41,711 nucleotides of DNA from NCBI GenBank assembly GCA_964651275.1, contig CAZYYQ010000002.1, forward strand, positions 1-41,711, read 5' to 3'. The position numbers and the translations under genes are program-made. Below, piece by piece: positions 32,131 through 41,113 of this stretch. The notes below the pieces were generated by a model. The model worked only from the letters and a program-made list of their open reading frames with translations, had not been told where the DNA came from and ran no database searches. Each line of letters starts with the position of its first letter. Position 1 is the stretch's first letter. This stretch comes from an uncultured Hyphomicrobiaceae bacterium (GTDB lineage: Bacteria > Pseudomonadota > Alphaproteobacteria > Rhizobiales > Rhodomicrobiaceae).

Positions 32131-33357
32131 ATGGATATGGACTTTCACCGGATAAAGCGGCTTCCCCCTTACGTTTTCGAGCAGGTCAATGCGCTCAAGG
32201 CGCAGGCGCGCGCCCGCGGCGATGACATCATCGACTTCGGCATGGGCAACCCGGACATGCCGACGCCGCAGCATATCGTCGACAAGCTGATCGAGACGGT
32301 CCAGAAGCCACGCACCACGCGCTATTCCGCCTCGCGCGGGATCAATGGCCTGCGCCGCGCTCAGGCTGCTTACTACGAGCGCCGCTTTGGCGTGAAGCTC
32401 GACCCTGAAACGCAGATTGTGGCCACGCTCGGCTCCAAGGAAGGTTTCGCCAACATGGCCCAGGCGATCGCCGCGCCGGGCGATGTCATCCTGGCACCGA
32501 ACCCGACCTATCCGATCCACGAGTTTGGATTCATCATCTCTGGCGCCGCCATCCGGCATATCCCGGCGACCGCGGATGACCAGTTTCTGGGGCATGTGGA
32601 CCGTGCGCTGCGCCACAGCGTGCCGAAGCCGCTGGCGCTGGTGCTGAGCTACCCGTCGAACCCGACCGCCGTCGTCGCCGATCTCGACTTCTACCGCGAG
32701 GTGGTGGCCTATGCACGCAAGCACGACCTGATCCTGTTGTCCGATCTGGCCTATTCGGAAATCTATTTTGATATCGACCCGCCGCCATCGATTCTGGAGG
32801 TGCCCGGCGCGATGGACGTTGCGGTGGAGTTCACCTCGCTGTCAAAAACCTACGCGATGCCCGGCTGGCGTATGGGTTTTGCGGTCGGCAATGAGCGTCT
32901 GATCAAGGCGCTCGCACGGGTCAAGTCCTATCTCGATTATGGCGCGTTCACGCCGATTCAGGTCGCAGCTGCGGCGGCGCTCAACGGTCCGCAGGAGTGT
33001 GTTGAGGAGATCCGCCAGGTCTACAAGACGCGGCGAGATTGTCTGGTGGAGTCATTCGCCCGCGCGGGCTGGGAGGTGCCAGCGCCGCCTGCGACCATGT
33101 TTGCCTGGGCGAAGGTGCCAGAGCAGATGCGCGGGATGACGTCGCTGGATTTCTCGAAGCTGCTGCTTGAGAAGGCCGGCGTGGCGGTGTCGCCCGGTGT
33201 CGGATTCGGCGAATATGGTGAGGGCTATGTGCGTATCGCACTGGTGGAGAACGAACAGCGCATCCGTCAGGCGGCGCGCAACATCCGCCGGTTCCTCTCC
33301 GAGGCCGACCAGACGTTGCACAACGTGATCCCGCTGGCCTCTTCGCAGGGGCGCTGA
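32131..33357 (+). CDS. Class I/II PLP aminotransferase (AlaC/AatC-like, often annotated LL-diaminopimelate aminotransferase)
   Basis: IKRLPPYVF, GMGNPD, YPSNPT, DLAY, SLSKTY.MPGWR.GF, KSYLDYG.FTPIQ. Confidence 0.9.
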   Translation: MDMDFHRIKRLPPYVFEQVNALKAQARARGDDIIDFGMGNPDMPTPQHIVDKLIETVQKPRTTRYSASRGINGLRRAQAAYYERRFGVKLDPETQIVATLGSKEGFANMAQAIAAPGDVILAPNPTYPIHEFGFIISGAAIRHIPATADDQFLGHVDRALRHSVPKPLALVLSYPSNPTAVVADLDFYREVVAYARKHDLILLSDLAYSEIYFDIDPPPSILEVPGAMDVAVEFTSLSKTYAMPGWRMGFAVGNERLIKALARVKSYLDYGAFTPIQVAAAAALNGPQECVEEIRQVYKTRRDCLVESFARAGWEVPAPPATMFAWAKVPEQMRGMTSLDFSKLLLEKAGVAVSPGVGFGEYGEGYVRIALVENEQRIRQAARNIRRFLSEADQTLHNVIPLASSQGR

Positions 33358-33445
33358 AATCGTCCTGTCACGTGCCTTGTATTGATAATCGTGCAAGCGG
33401 TAAGAGTGATGTCAATCTGAGCAGTCCAACCTTTCTGGAGCGGTC

Positions 33446-34762
33446 ATGCCGAAACCCTTGAGACTCGGCATCGCCGGTGTCGGAACCGTCGGCGTCGGCG
33501 TGCTCACCATGCTGAGCGCCCATGCCGAACGTCTCGCCGCGCGATGCGGGCGCCAGATCACCGTGACGGCGGTCAGCGCGCGCAACCGGGAGAAGCGGCG
33601 CGGCGTCGATCTGTCGGGCTATGCGTGGTTCGACGAACCGCGTGACCTGGCGCGCAGCCGCGACATCGACGTGTTCGTCGAACTGATCGGCGGGGAGGGC
33701 GATCCGGCCCGCGAGGCCGTCGAGGCGGCGCTGGAGGCCGGCAAGCCTGTCGTGACGGCCAACAAGGCGTTGCTGGCGCATCACGGCGTGGCGCTGGCCG
33801 AGCGCGCCGAAGCGGCAGGCGCGGCGCTGAAATTCGAGGCTGCGGTCGCAGGCGGCATCCCGGTCGTGAAGATTCTGCGCGAAAGCCTGCTCGGCAACGA
33901 GACGGTACGCGTCTATGGCATCCTGAACGGCACAAGTAACTACATCCTGTCGCGGATGCAGCATGAGGGGCGCGAGTTTGCGCAGGTGCTCGCAGAAGCG
34001 CAGGAAGCTGGCTATGCAGAGGCCGATCCGAGCTTTGACATCGGCGGCCAGGACGCCGCGCACAAGCTGGCGATCCTCACCAGCCTCGCCTTCGGTACGC
34101 GGATCGACTTCGACAGCGTCTACATCGAGGGCATCGACCAGATCGGCAATGACGATATCCGCTCCGCCGACCGGCTCGGCTACCGGATCAAGCTGCTGGG
34201 CGTCGCGGTCAGGACCGACAGCGGCATCGAGCAGCGCGTCCACCCGACGATGGTCCCGAAGCACACTGCGATCGCAGAGGTGGACGGCGTGACCAATGCC
34301 GTCACCATCGAGGGCGATTTCGTTGGCGACATCATGCTGGTTGGGCCGGGCGCAGGCGCAGGGCCGACGGCTTCTGCGGTTGTTGGCGACGTCTGTGATA
34401 TCGCGCGCGGAGCCAATGGCGCGCCTTTGATCGTTCCGGCAGCGAGACTGGCGCCTTACAAGCGCGCGGCGATGCGCGCCCATGAAGGCGGCTATTATAT
34501 CCGGTTGTCTGTCTACGACCGGCCGGGCGCCTTTGCGGCCATCGCGGCGCGCATGGCGGAGCAGGGCATTTCGCTCAAGAGCATTATGCAGAGCCGGGAG
34601 GAAGGCGAGCAGGGGCCAGATGACGGCAAGGGCGCGCCTGTTCCGGTCGTGATGATCACGCACCGGACCACCGAAGCGGCCATCCGGCGCGCGTTTGAGA
34701 CCATTGAGAGCGACGGCCATATCGACCGGCCGCCTAAGATGATCCGCATCGAGCGGATGTAG
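33446..34762 (+). CDS. hom: Homoserine dehydrogenase with C-terminal ACT domain
   Basis: GVGTVG, VVTANKA, FEAAVAGGIP, GILNGT, GYAEADP..D..G.DAAHK, GPGAG..PTASAV, DRPG.FA. Confidence 0.96.
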   Translation: MPKPLRLGIAGVGTVGVGVLTMLSAHAERLAARCGRQITVTAVSARNREKRRGVDLSGYAWFDEPRDLARSRDIDVFVELIGGEGDPAREAVEAALEAGKPVVTANKALLAHHGVALAERAEAAGAALKFEAAVAGGIPVVKILRESLLGNETVRVYGILNGTSNYILSRMQHEGREFAQVLAEAQEAGYAEADPSFDIGGQDAAHKLAILTSLAFGTRIDFDSVYIEGIDQIGNDDIRSADRLGYRIKLLGVAVRTDSGIEQRVHPTMVPKHTAIAEVDGVTNAVTIEGDFVGDIMLVGPGAGAGPTASAVVGDVCDIARGANGAPLIVPAARLAPYKRAAMRAHEGGYYIRLSVYDRPGAFAAIAARMAEQGISLKSIMQSREEGEQGPDDGKGAPVPVVMITHRTTEAAIRRAFETIESDGHIDRPPKMIRIERM

Positions 34763-34769
34763 GCTCTTG

Positions 34770-34876
34770 CTAGAGCACTTTCAGCAAAAGTGGGCACCGG
34801 TTTTGCGTCAGAAAGTGCGACAAAACAATAAGTTAGAGCGCGCTCACTGACTCTGAATTCATTGAATGCGCTCTAG
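34770..34876 (+). repeat. Full-length Bru-RS-like palindromic element (copy 3)
   Basis: CTAGAGC...GCTCTAG termini. Hairpin GCACTTTC..GCAAAA..TTTTGC..GAAAGTGC, then an AAAACAA linker and a second hairpin TAGAGCGC...GCGCTCTA. Confidence 0.8.
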
Positions 34877-34891
34877 CGTTCTGGGGTTTGC

Positions 34892-34969
34892 CGTCGTGCC
34901 CGTGCTAGACACGGGCATCCATGCACCAAAGCATCGACCCGGATTGCTGGGTCAGGCCCGACAATGACG
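34892..34969. repeat. REP-like/RPE-like alphaproteobacterial palindromic repeat
   Basis: CGTCGTGCCCGTGCTAGACACGGGCATCC ... GGATTGCTGGGTCAGGCCCGACAATGACG: two imperfect inverted arms, each itself a hairpin. Confidence 0.6.
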
Positions 34970-34982
34970 TCGTGAAGGACTG

Positions 34983-36590
34983 CTACCTGCGCCGGTCCTT
35001 CAGGATCATGTCGGACGCCTTCTCCCCGATCATGATGGTCGGCGCGTTGGTGTTGCCCGAGGTGATCACTGGCATGATCGAGGCATCCACCACGCGCAGA
35101 CGGTCCAGCCCGTGGACCTTGAGCCGGTCATCGACCACCGCCATCGGATCATGCCCCATCTTGCAGGTGCCAACAGGGTGATAGATCGTCTGCGAGATGT
35201 GGCGCGCGGCCTCCAGCAGCTCGTCGTCACTCTGCGCCGCCTCGCCCGGCAATGTCTCGCGCACGACAAACGGCTCCATGGCTCTCGCGCCAGCGAGGTC
35301 GCGGCCCACGCGCATCCCGGCCACCGCAGTGTCTCGGTCGAGCGGTGTGGACAGGTAGTTCGGATGGATCGCCGGATAGGCCATCGGGTCGGGCGAACGC
35401 ACCGCGATATGGCCCCGGCTCTCCGGGCGAAGCTGACAGACGGACAGCGTCACACCGGAATATGGGTGCATTTCCAGCCCCGGCTTGTCCGCGCTGAGCG
35501 GCTGGAAATGGAACTGGATGTCTGGTGTTTCCAGATCAGGCCGCGTGCGCGCGAAGATACAGACCTGGCTTGCCCCCATCGCCATCGCACCGCGCCGGAA
35601 AACAACGTATTCCAGACCGATGCGCATCCTGCGGAAGAAGTTGTTGATCTCGTCGTTAAGCGTCGGCACCGACACTTGATAGACCATGCGGATTTGCAGG
35701 TGGTCTTGCAGGTTTTGGCCGACCCCCGGATTTTCGTCGAACACCTCGATCCCGGCGGCCTGCAGCGTCTCGCCCGGCCCGATGCCGGAAAGCTGGAGAA
35801 CCTGTGGCGAACCTATTGCGCCGGCGCTCAGGATCACTTCGCCGCCGGGCCGCAGGCGTGCCTCGCGCGGTTCGCCCCGCTGGAAAAATGCCACACCAGA
35901 CACGCGTTTTGGTTCATCCGGGTCAAACAGCAGATGCCGCGCATGGGCGTGCGTGATGACGGTGAGGTTGCGACGCTCGCGCGCCGGACGCAGATACCCT
36001 ACGGCGGTCGAGCACCGCCAGCCTTTGCGAGCAGTCAACTGGAAATAGCCCGCGCCTTCTTGTGTCGCGCCATTGACATCGTTGTTGCGCGGGATGCCGA
36101 TCTCTTCTGCCGCGTCGATCAGCGCATGACACACCGGCCGATGCACCCGCATGTTCGATACCGAAAGCGGACCGCCGACTCCATGATATTCGTCTTCGCC
36201 ATTCTCCTGGTCTTCCGCGCGCTTGAAGTAGGGTAGCACATCGGCATAAGACCAGCCGGCGTTGCCGAGCTGGCGCCAGTGATCGAAGTCTTGCGCCTGT
36301 CCGCGAATGTAAAGCAGCCCGTTGATGGAGCTGGATCCGCCCAGCGTCTTTCCGCGCGGCCATTCCAGCGAACGCCCGTTCAGCCCCGGATCAGGCTCGG
36401 TCTTGTAGCACCAATCCGTATTGGGATTGTGCATGGTCCGGAAATACCCGACCGGCACATGTATCCACGGATTGGTGTCCCTGCCGCCCGCTTCCAGCAG
36501 CAAAACCCGGCAATTCCCGTCCGCGCTCAGACGGTTGGCCAGCACACAGCCGGCCGAGCCGGCACCGACAATGATGTAATCGAATTCCAT
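34983..36590 (-). CDS. iseJ: GMC flavoprotein oxidoreductase, probable isethionate dehydrogenase IseJ
   Basis: GAGSAG FAD motif, RGKTLGGSSSING, YHPVGTCKMG, GNTNAP. The specific function is inferred from its divergent position to TRAP-IclR-xsc. Confidence 0.75.
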   Translation of the reverse strand: MEFDYIIVGAGSAGCVLANRLSADGNCRVLLLEAGGRDTNPWIHVPVGYFRTMHNPNTDWCYKTEPDPGLNGRSLEWPRGKTLGGSSSINGLLYIRGQAQDFDHWRQLGNAGWSYADVLPYFKRAEDQENGEDEYHGVGGPLSVSNMRVHRPVCHALIDAAEEIGIPRNNDVNGATQEGAGYFQLTARKGWRCSTAVGYLRPARERRNLTVITHAHARHLLFDPDEPKRVSGVAFFQRGEPREARLRPGGEVILSAGAIGSPQVLQLSGIGPGETLQAAGIEVFDENPGVGQNLQDHLQIRMVYQVSVPTLNDEINNFFRRMRIGLEYVVFRRGAMAMGASQVCIFARTRPDLETPDIQFHFQPLSADKPGLEMHPYSGVTLSVCQLRPESRGHIAVRSPDPMAYPAIHPNYLSTPLDRDTAVAGMRVGRDLAGARAMEPFVVRETLPGEAAQSDDELLEAARHISQTIYHPVGTCKMGHDPMAVVDDRLKVHGLDRLRVVDASIMPVITSGNTNAPTIMIGEKASDMILKDRRR

Positions 36591-36642
36591 CCCTGATTTT
36601 TTCTTTGTTGGGGCAAGGCTGGGCGGCCACGAGGAATTCCGC

Positions 36643-36697
36643 TTGACCCCGCCCTTGATTGTAATAAAAATGAGACTGGCAGTCTCAAAACTATAAT
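36643..36697 (+). promoter_or_regulatory. Divergent ise promoter region with palindromic operator
   Basis: TGAGACTG-G-CAGTCTCA (36671-36687) in an AT-rich stretch, with a perfect TATAAT at 36692-36697 and TTGACC at 36643-36648. Confidence 0.65.
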
Positions 36698-36737
36698 ACC
36701 AAGCCCAACCGGGCAATCACAAACTGGGAGGAAACCT

Positions 36738-37976
36738 GTGACGAAGATATCCGAAAAGCTCCAGGGCATTTCGCGCCGAGATATGCTGCGGCTCTCCAAG
36801 CAGTTCGGCCTGACGTCGACACTGCTTGCCGCCGGCAGCCTGACCGGCGCCGTGACGTTCTCGCGCCTGGCCGAAGCGGCGAATTCGACCTACGAAAAGC
36901 GCTTCAAGTCGCCCGCAAAGGTCGAATGGAAGTTCGGTGCGGCCGGCTTCAATGAAACAAACCTGCTGATTGAGCGTGCTGGCTGTCTGGAGTTCGTGCG
37001 CGATCTGGAAGAGCGTACCGATGGCGCGATCCGCATCGAGTTCATCGGATCGAACCAGATATGCGGCCAGCTTGACTGCGTGAAGAAGACGCAGCAGGGC
37101 ATCGTGGACGTGTATGCCGCCTCCACGCAGAACTCTGCGGGCGGCGCGCCGTATCTGAACGTGCTCGACTATGCATACATGTTCCCCAGCCGCGCCTCAC
37201 AGTACTACTTCCTCTATCATCCGGGCAGCCAGAAGGTGCTGCGCGATCCTCTGCGCGATCGTCACGGCATTCACTTCCTGTTCAGCCATGCCGAGCTTCG
37301 CGGCATCCAACTCGGTCTGAAGTGGAAGGACAAGCCGCTCGTGACGAGTGTCAAGGACCTTGCGGGCACCAGAAACCGCGTGACCGGCACGCAGCTGGGC
37401 CGCATCGCGATGCAACTCATGGGTCTGAACCCGACCCCGATCGCGTGGGAAGAGACCCTCGACGGTCTGAAGCAGGGCCTTATCGACGGCGCTGAAACCT
37501 GGGCATCTGCCGTGGCTTACGCCAACATGTCGCCCGTGGTCTCCCAGTGCGTCAACCTAGAGTTCTTCTGTGGAACCGAGCACACGGCGGTGAACGCATC
37601 CAAGTTCGATGAGCTTCCGGGCGATCTTCAGGATGACGTCATGGAGTCGGCTTACCTGACACAGGTGCATGTCCAGGCGGCGAACGAGGCCGCGCTGGTC
37701 AACACCGTCGGTTTCTCTGATCCTCAGATGCCGAACACGCTGTTTGCCAAGAACAATGTGCGCGTGGCCATGCTCAGCGAGGAAGCCAAGCGCGAGGCAG
37801 AAGAGATGTGCTCGCCCGAGTTCCATCCGGCGGAATGGGAGCAGTGGCGCGAGCGGATCAACGGCTGGGCCGGCGGAATGGACACCTACAAGTTCATTTA
37901 CGACATCGCTCGCGAGATCCCCAAGGACACGCTGGCGGAGAACGTCGAGCCGCGGCGCTGGTGGAAATCTGCGTAA
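36738..37976 (+). CDS. iseK: TRAP transporter solute-binding protein (DctP family), Tat signal; probable IseK
   Basis: SRRDML twin-arginine signal, TDGAIRIE, PTPIAWEET..GL.QG.IDGAE. GGAGG SD before GTG. Confidence 0.75.
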   Translation: MTKISEKLQGISRRDMLRLSKQFGLTSTLLAAGSLTGAVTFSRLAEAANSTYEKRFKSPAKVEWKFGAAGFNETNLLIERAGCLEFVRDLEERTDGAIRIEFIGSNQICGQLDCVKKTQQGIVDVYAASTQNSAGGAPYLNVLDYAYMFPSRASQYYFLYHPGSQKVLRDPLRDRHGIHFLFSHAELRGIQLGLKWKDKPLVTSVKDLAGTRNRVTGTQLGRIAMQLMGLNPTPIAWEETLDGLKQGLIDGAETWASAVAYANMSPVVSQCVNLEFFCGTEHTAVNASKFDELPGDLQDDVMESAYLTQVHVQAANEAALVNTVGFSDPQMPNTLFAKNNVRVAMLSEEAKREAEEMCSPEFHPAEWEQWRERINGWAGGMDTYKFIYDIAREIPKDTLAENVEPRRWWKSA

Positions 37977-37987
37977 ATCCTCCCGGA

Positions 37988-38020
37988 GCAGGGGGCGCGC
38001 CCGTGGGGTGCGCCTCTTGC
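37988..38020 (+). other. Intercistronic stem-loop after the solute-binding protein gene
   Basis: GCAGGGGGCGCGCCC-GTG-GGGTGCGCCTCTTGC long stem with G-U pairs and no U tract. Confidence 0.55.
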
Positions 38021-38105
38021 ACCCATCTCATGATCAAAAAGAACACTGGCCCGGCATTTTGGTGCGGGTCGGCGCGCGACTCCGGCGCGACAAGGGACAA
38101 CGCCC

Positions 38106-38624
38106 ATGTTCATTCTCAGATGGCTGGACGACAATGCCGAAAAGACGATCATCCTCGTCAGCTACGTCGTGATGGCGGGGATCATCTTCGTGGAGGTCAT
38201 CAGGCGCTTCGCCATAGGACAGCAAGCGCCTTGGAGCAGCACCATCCCGATCTACCTGTTTCTCTGGGTCGTGTGGGCGGGCTGTGCGCAGAACGTGAAG
38301 CTGCGTACGCATTTGCGCTTTGACGAGTTTCGCTCGCGGCTGGGTTACACGGGACAGTATCTGTGTCTTTTGCTTGATGCAGCGTTGTGGATCGTTTTCT
38401 CGCTCATCGTGATCTATTTTACGGTCGATCAGGTTCGCCTCAGCCGTGACAACTTCGCCATCGTGCCCGGCACCAACGACACCATGCAGTGGTGGTTCTA
38501 TCTCGCGACCCCTGTGTGTTTCACGCTGGTGATCTTCCGCGTGCTGCAAAACGTGTCGCGTGACTATCGATGCTTCCGCAAAGGGCAGCCCTTTAACTTG
38601 CCCAGTGGCATTCTGGCGGATTAA
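38106..38624 (+). CDS. iseL: TRAP small permease (DctQ); probable IseL
   Basis: Four TM segments, V.RRF...PWS, H.R.D motif. Position in the TRAP operon. Confidence 0.78.
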   Translation: MFILRWLDDNAEKTIILVSYVVMAGIIFVEVIRRFAIGQQAPWSSTIPIYLFLWVVWAGCAQNVKLRTHLRFDEFRSRLGYTGQYLCLLLDAALWIVFSLIVIYFTVDQVRLSRDNFAIVPGTNDTMQWWFYLATPVCFTLVIFRVLQNVSRDYRCFRKGQPFNLPSGILAD

Positions 38625-38634
38625 GGGGATTACA

Positions 38635-40050
38635 ATGGCTGAGGACACACTGATCCTTCTCGTTTCGCTGGGCGTCATGGGCCTGTTCATGATTGGCGTC
38701 CCGATCTTCCTGGTCATCGGCTTCTGGGTGATTGGGGTCAGCCTCGTCATCGACTTCACGCTGGCGAACATTGGTGTCACGCTCTACGAGGGGCTGAACT
38801 TTTTCGGACTGCTGGCGCTGCCGCTCTTCATCCTCACTGGAGACCTGATCAACGGTGCGGGAATTGCGAAACGGCTCTCCGATTTCGCCTACTCTGTTCT
38901 GGGCTGGCTGCGCGGCGGTCTGGCGATGGCCGCGCTGGGCGCTTGCGGCATGTTCGCTGCGATCTCGGGCTCGAACTCGGCGACCACCGCTGCGATCGGC
39001 TCGATCATGCACCCGGAGATGACCAAGGGCGGCTACGACAAGAACTTCGCGGCTGCGACCCTGGCCTCCGGCGGCACGGTCGGCATCATCATCCCGCCGA
39101 GCATCATCTTCATCGTCTACGGATTCCTGATGAACCTGTCGATCAGCGACCTGTTCATCGCCGGCCTGCTTCCGGGCATCCTGATGGTCGTTGCCATGCA
39201 GATCGCCACCTGGATTGTCTGTCACCGCAATGGCTGGGGCGAACTCGTCAGGATTTATCCGCTGCGCGTCATCAAGACTGCGCTTGGCGCCTGGCTGGGC
39301 TTCTTCGCCATCGGACTAGTGCTTTGGGGTATCTATACCGGCCAGTTCTCGCCGACCGAAGCCGCCGGCGTAACGGCAGGTTTCTGCATGATCGCCGGGC
39401 TGCTCAGTTTCCCGATCCACCGTTATCTGATCGCGCCGCGTCAAAAAGCCCGCTCGGAAGGTATCAGCGATCTGCATGCCGACCTTGAGGCAATCGACAA
39501 TCGCGGCTTCGCCTCCAGCCTCATCGTGGAAGGGTTCAGCCCCGCGCGACTGCCAAGCCTCATCATGCGCTCAGGCCAGATCACGGGCATGCTCGCGCCG
39601 CTGATCGCGGTGTCCGTTGTGATGCAGCAGATCCTGACATTGCTCGGTGCGGAGGCATTCGTGCAGGGGCTACTCGGGCAGCTCGGCGGTTACTACGCGA
39701 TCCTTTTCGCCTGTATGGCAATCGTGCTTGTGGTTGGCACGTTGCTTGAAAGCTTGCCAGTGACGATTATCCTTGCACCGATCCTCGCGCCGATTGCGGT
39801 CGGCATCGGCGTCGATCCGGTTCACTTCTCGGTGATTTTCCTGGTGGGCGCAGCGATCGGCTTCATTACACCGCCCTATGGGCTGAACCTCTATGTAGCC
39901 AGCGGAATCACCGGCATCCCGTATTTTCAGATTGTGCGGCATATCGTGCCGTTCCTCGTAGCCCTGTTCCTAGCATGGTTCGCTATTGCGTTGATACCGC
40001 AGCTCTCGCTGATCCTGCTGACACATGAAGGCGCCGGCGTTTTCCAGTAG
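38635..40050 (+). CDS. iseM: TRAP large permease (DctM); probable IseM
   Basis: LLALPLFIL.G, FAAISGS..AT..AIG, GIIIPPSI, LFIAGL.PG, FSPTEAA, GFITPPYGLNLYVA. Confidence 0.8.
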   Translation: MAEDTLILLVSLGVMGLFMIGVPIFLVIGFWVIGVSLVIDFTLANIGVTLYEGLNFFGLLALPLFILTGDLINGAGIAKRLSDFAYSVLGWLRGGLAMAALGACGMFAAISGSNSATTAAIGSIMHPEMTKGGYDKNFAAATLASGGTVGIIIPPSIIFIVYGFLMNLSISDLFIAGLLPGILMVVAMQIATWIVCHRNGWGELVRIYPLRVIKTALGAWLGFFAIGLVLWGIYTGQFSPTEAAGVTAGFCMIAGLLSFPIHRYLIAPRQKARSEGISDLHADLEAIDNRGFASSLIVEGFSPARLPSLIMRSGQITGMLAPLIAVSVVMQQILTLLGAEAFVQGLLGQLGGYYAILFACMAIVLVVGTLLESLPVTIILAPILAPIAVGIGVDPVHFSVIFLVGAAIGFITPPYGLNLYVASGITGIPYFQIVRHIVPFLVALFLAWFAIALIPQLSLILLTHEGAGVFQ

Positions 40051-40106
40051 GCGTGGCTGCGTCATACGGGTCGTTGATGATTGTCGAGATGTCAGCTGGG
40101 GAGAGC

Positions 40107-40919
40107 ATGGCACGGGCTCGGGACAAGGATGTGGAACATGTGCCCTCGGGCGTGCGCTCGCTTTACATCCTCGAAACGCTGGCCGCGGCGGGACAGCCGA
40201 TGACGGCCACCGATATCAACGAAGTGCTTGGCCTGCCCAAGCCGACCATTCACCGGCTGTGCAAGCGGCTGGAGCGCGAGGGTTTTCTGGAGAAGGACAT
40301 TGACGGGCGGCGCTACTTGCCGGGGCGGCGGCTGCGCTCGCTGTCCAGCGGCGTCCTGGGCTTCGTGCGGTTTCGCCAGGCGCGACAGGCGGTGTTGCGG
40401 CGGCTGTCCGCGGAGGTTGACGAAACCTGCAATATCGCGCTGCCGGAAGAAGGCGGAATGGTTTATCTTGATCGCGTGGAGTCGCGCTGGCCGCTCCGGG
40501 TCCAGCTTCCGGTGGGCTCGGTGGTTCCGTTTCACTGCACAGCGAACGGCAAGCTCTATCTTGCTCATCTGCCGCCCGCGCGCCGCGAGAGCCTTGTGCG
40601 CAGCCTCGATCTCAAACGTCATGCCGCCAACACCCTGACCGATCCGGATGCGCTACTTGCCGCGGTAGCGTGCATTGCCGAGACCGGTATCGGTACCGAC
40701 AATCAGGAGTTCGTTGATGGGATGGTTGCTGTCGCGGTGCCAATCCGCGATGCCGACGGCCACATGATGGCGGGGCTTGCCATGCATGGACCGACGCAGC
40801 GTCTTACGCTGGACGATGCTCTGGGCGCTGTCGGGGCATTACGCGAGGCAGCAAAGGCTCTCGCCGGGTTGATGTCATTGGAGGAGACGCCTGCGCGAGC
40901 GGGTGGATCAGCCGCCTGA
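40107..40919 (+). CDS. iseR: IclR-family transcriptional regulator; probable IseR
   Basis: HTH LGLPKPTIHRL..L..EG, ETCN, G...PFHCTANGK, G..AVAVP. Located within the ise cluster. Confidence 0.75.
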   Translation: MARARDKDVEHVPSGVRSLYILETLAAAGQPMTATDINEVLGLPKPTIHRLCKRLEREGFLEKDIDGRRYLPGRRLRSLSSGVLGFVRFRQARQAVLRRLSAEVDETCNIALPEEGGMVYLDRVESRWPLRVQLPVGSVVPFHCTANGKLYLAHLPPARRESLVRSLDLKRHAANTLTDPDALLAAVACIAETGIGTDNQEFVDGMVAVAVPIRDADGHMMAGLAMHGPTQRLTLDDALGAVGALREAAKALAGLMSLEETPARAGGSAA

Positions 40920-41113
40920 TGCTGTGTCACACCAGAAGCGTGCAGGTATGAATATGTTTTCATTTTGGGCTGCGCGGCACCTCCAGGCGTGATATAACGC
41001 GGGCGATGAAACCGGCGCAGGGGCGGCAGACAAGTCTCGGGCGGGGTAGCGTAAGGAGCGGCCCGTCAAGCTGAACGGATAGATTAAATCGAAGTTCTGG
41101 AGGATATGAGTTC

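Noticed and set aside
29704-32724. 1006-aa ORF as a giant PhaC fusion
   Set aside because: The first 390 codons are antisense to the lipoprotein and aminotransferase genes and read as shadow sequence. PhaC starts at 31554.
33380-33420. Fur/FNR-like box (TTGATAATC; GTGATGTCAATC) upstream of hom
   Set aside because: Half-sites only, with no complete palindrome.
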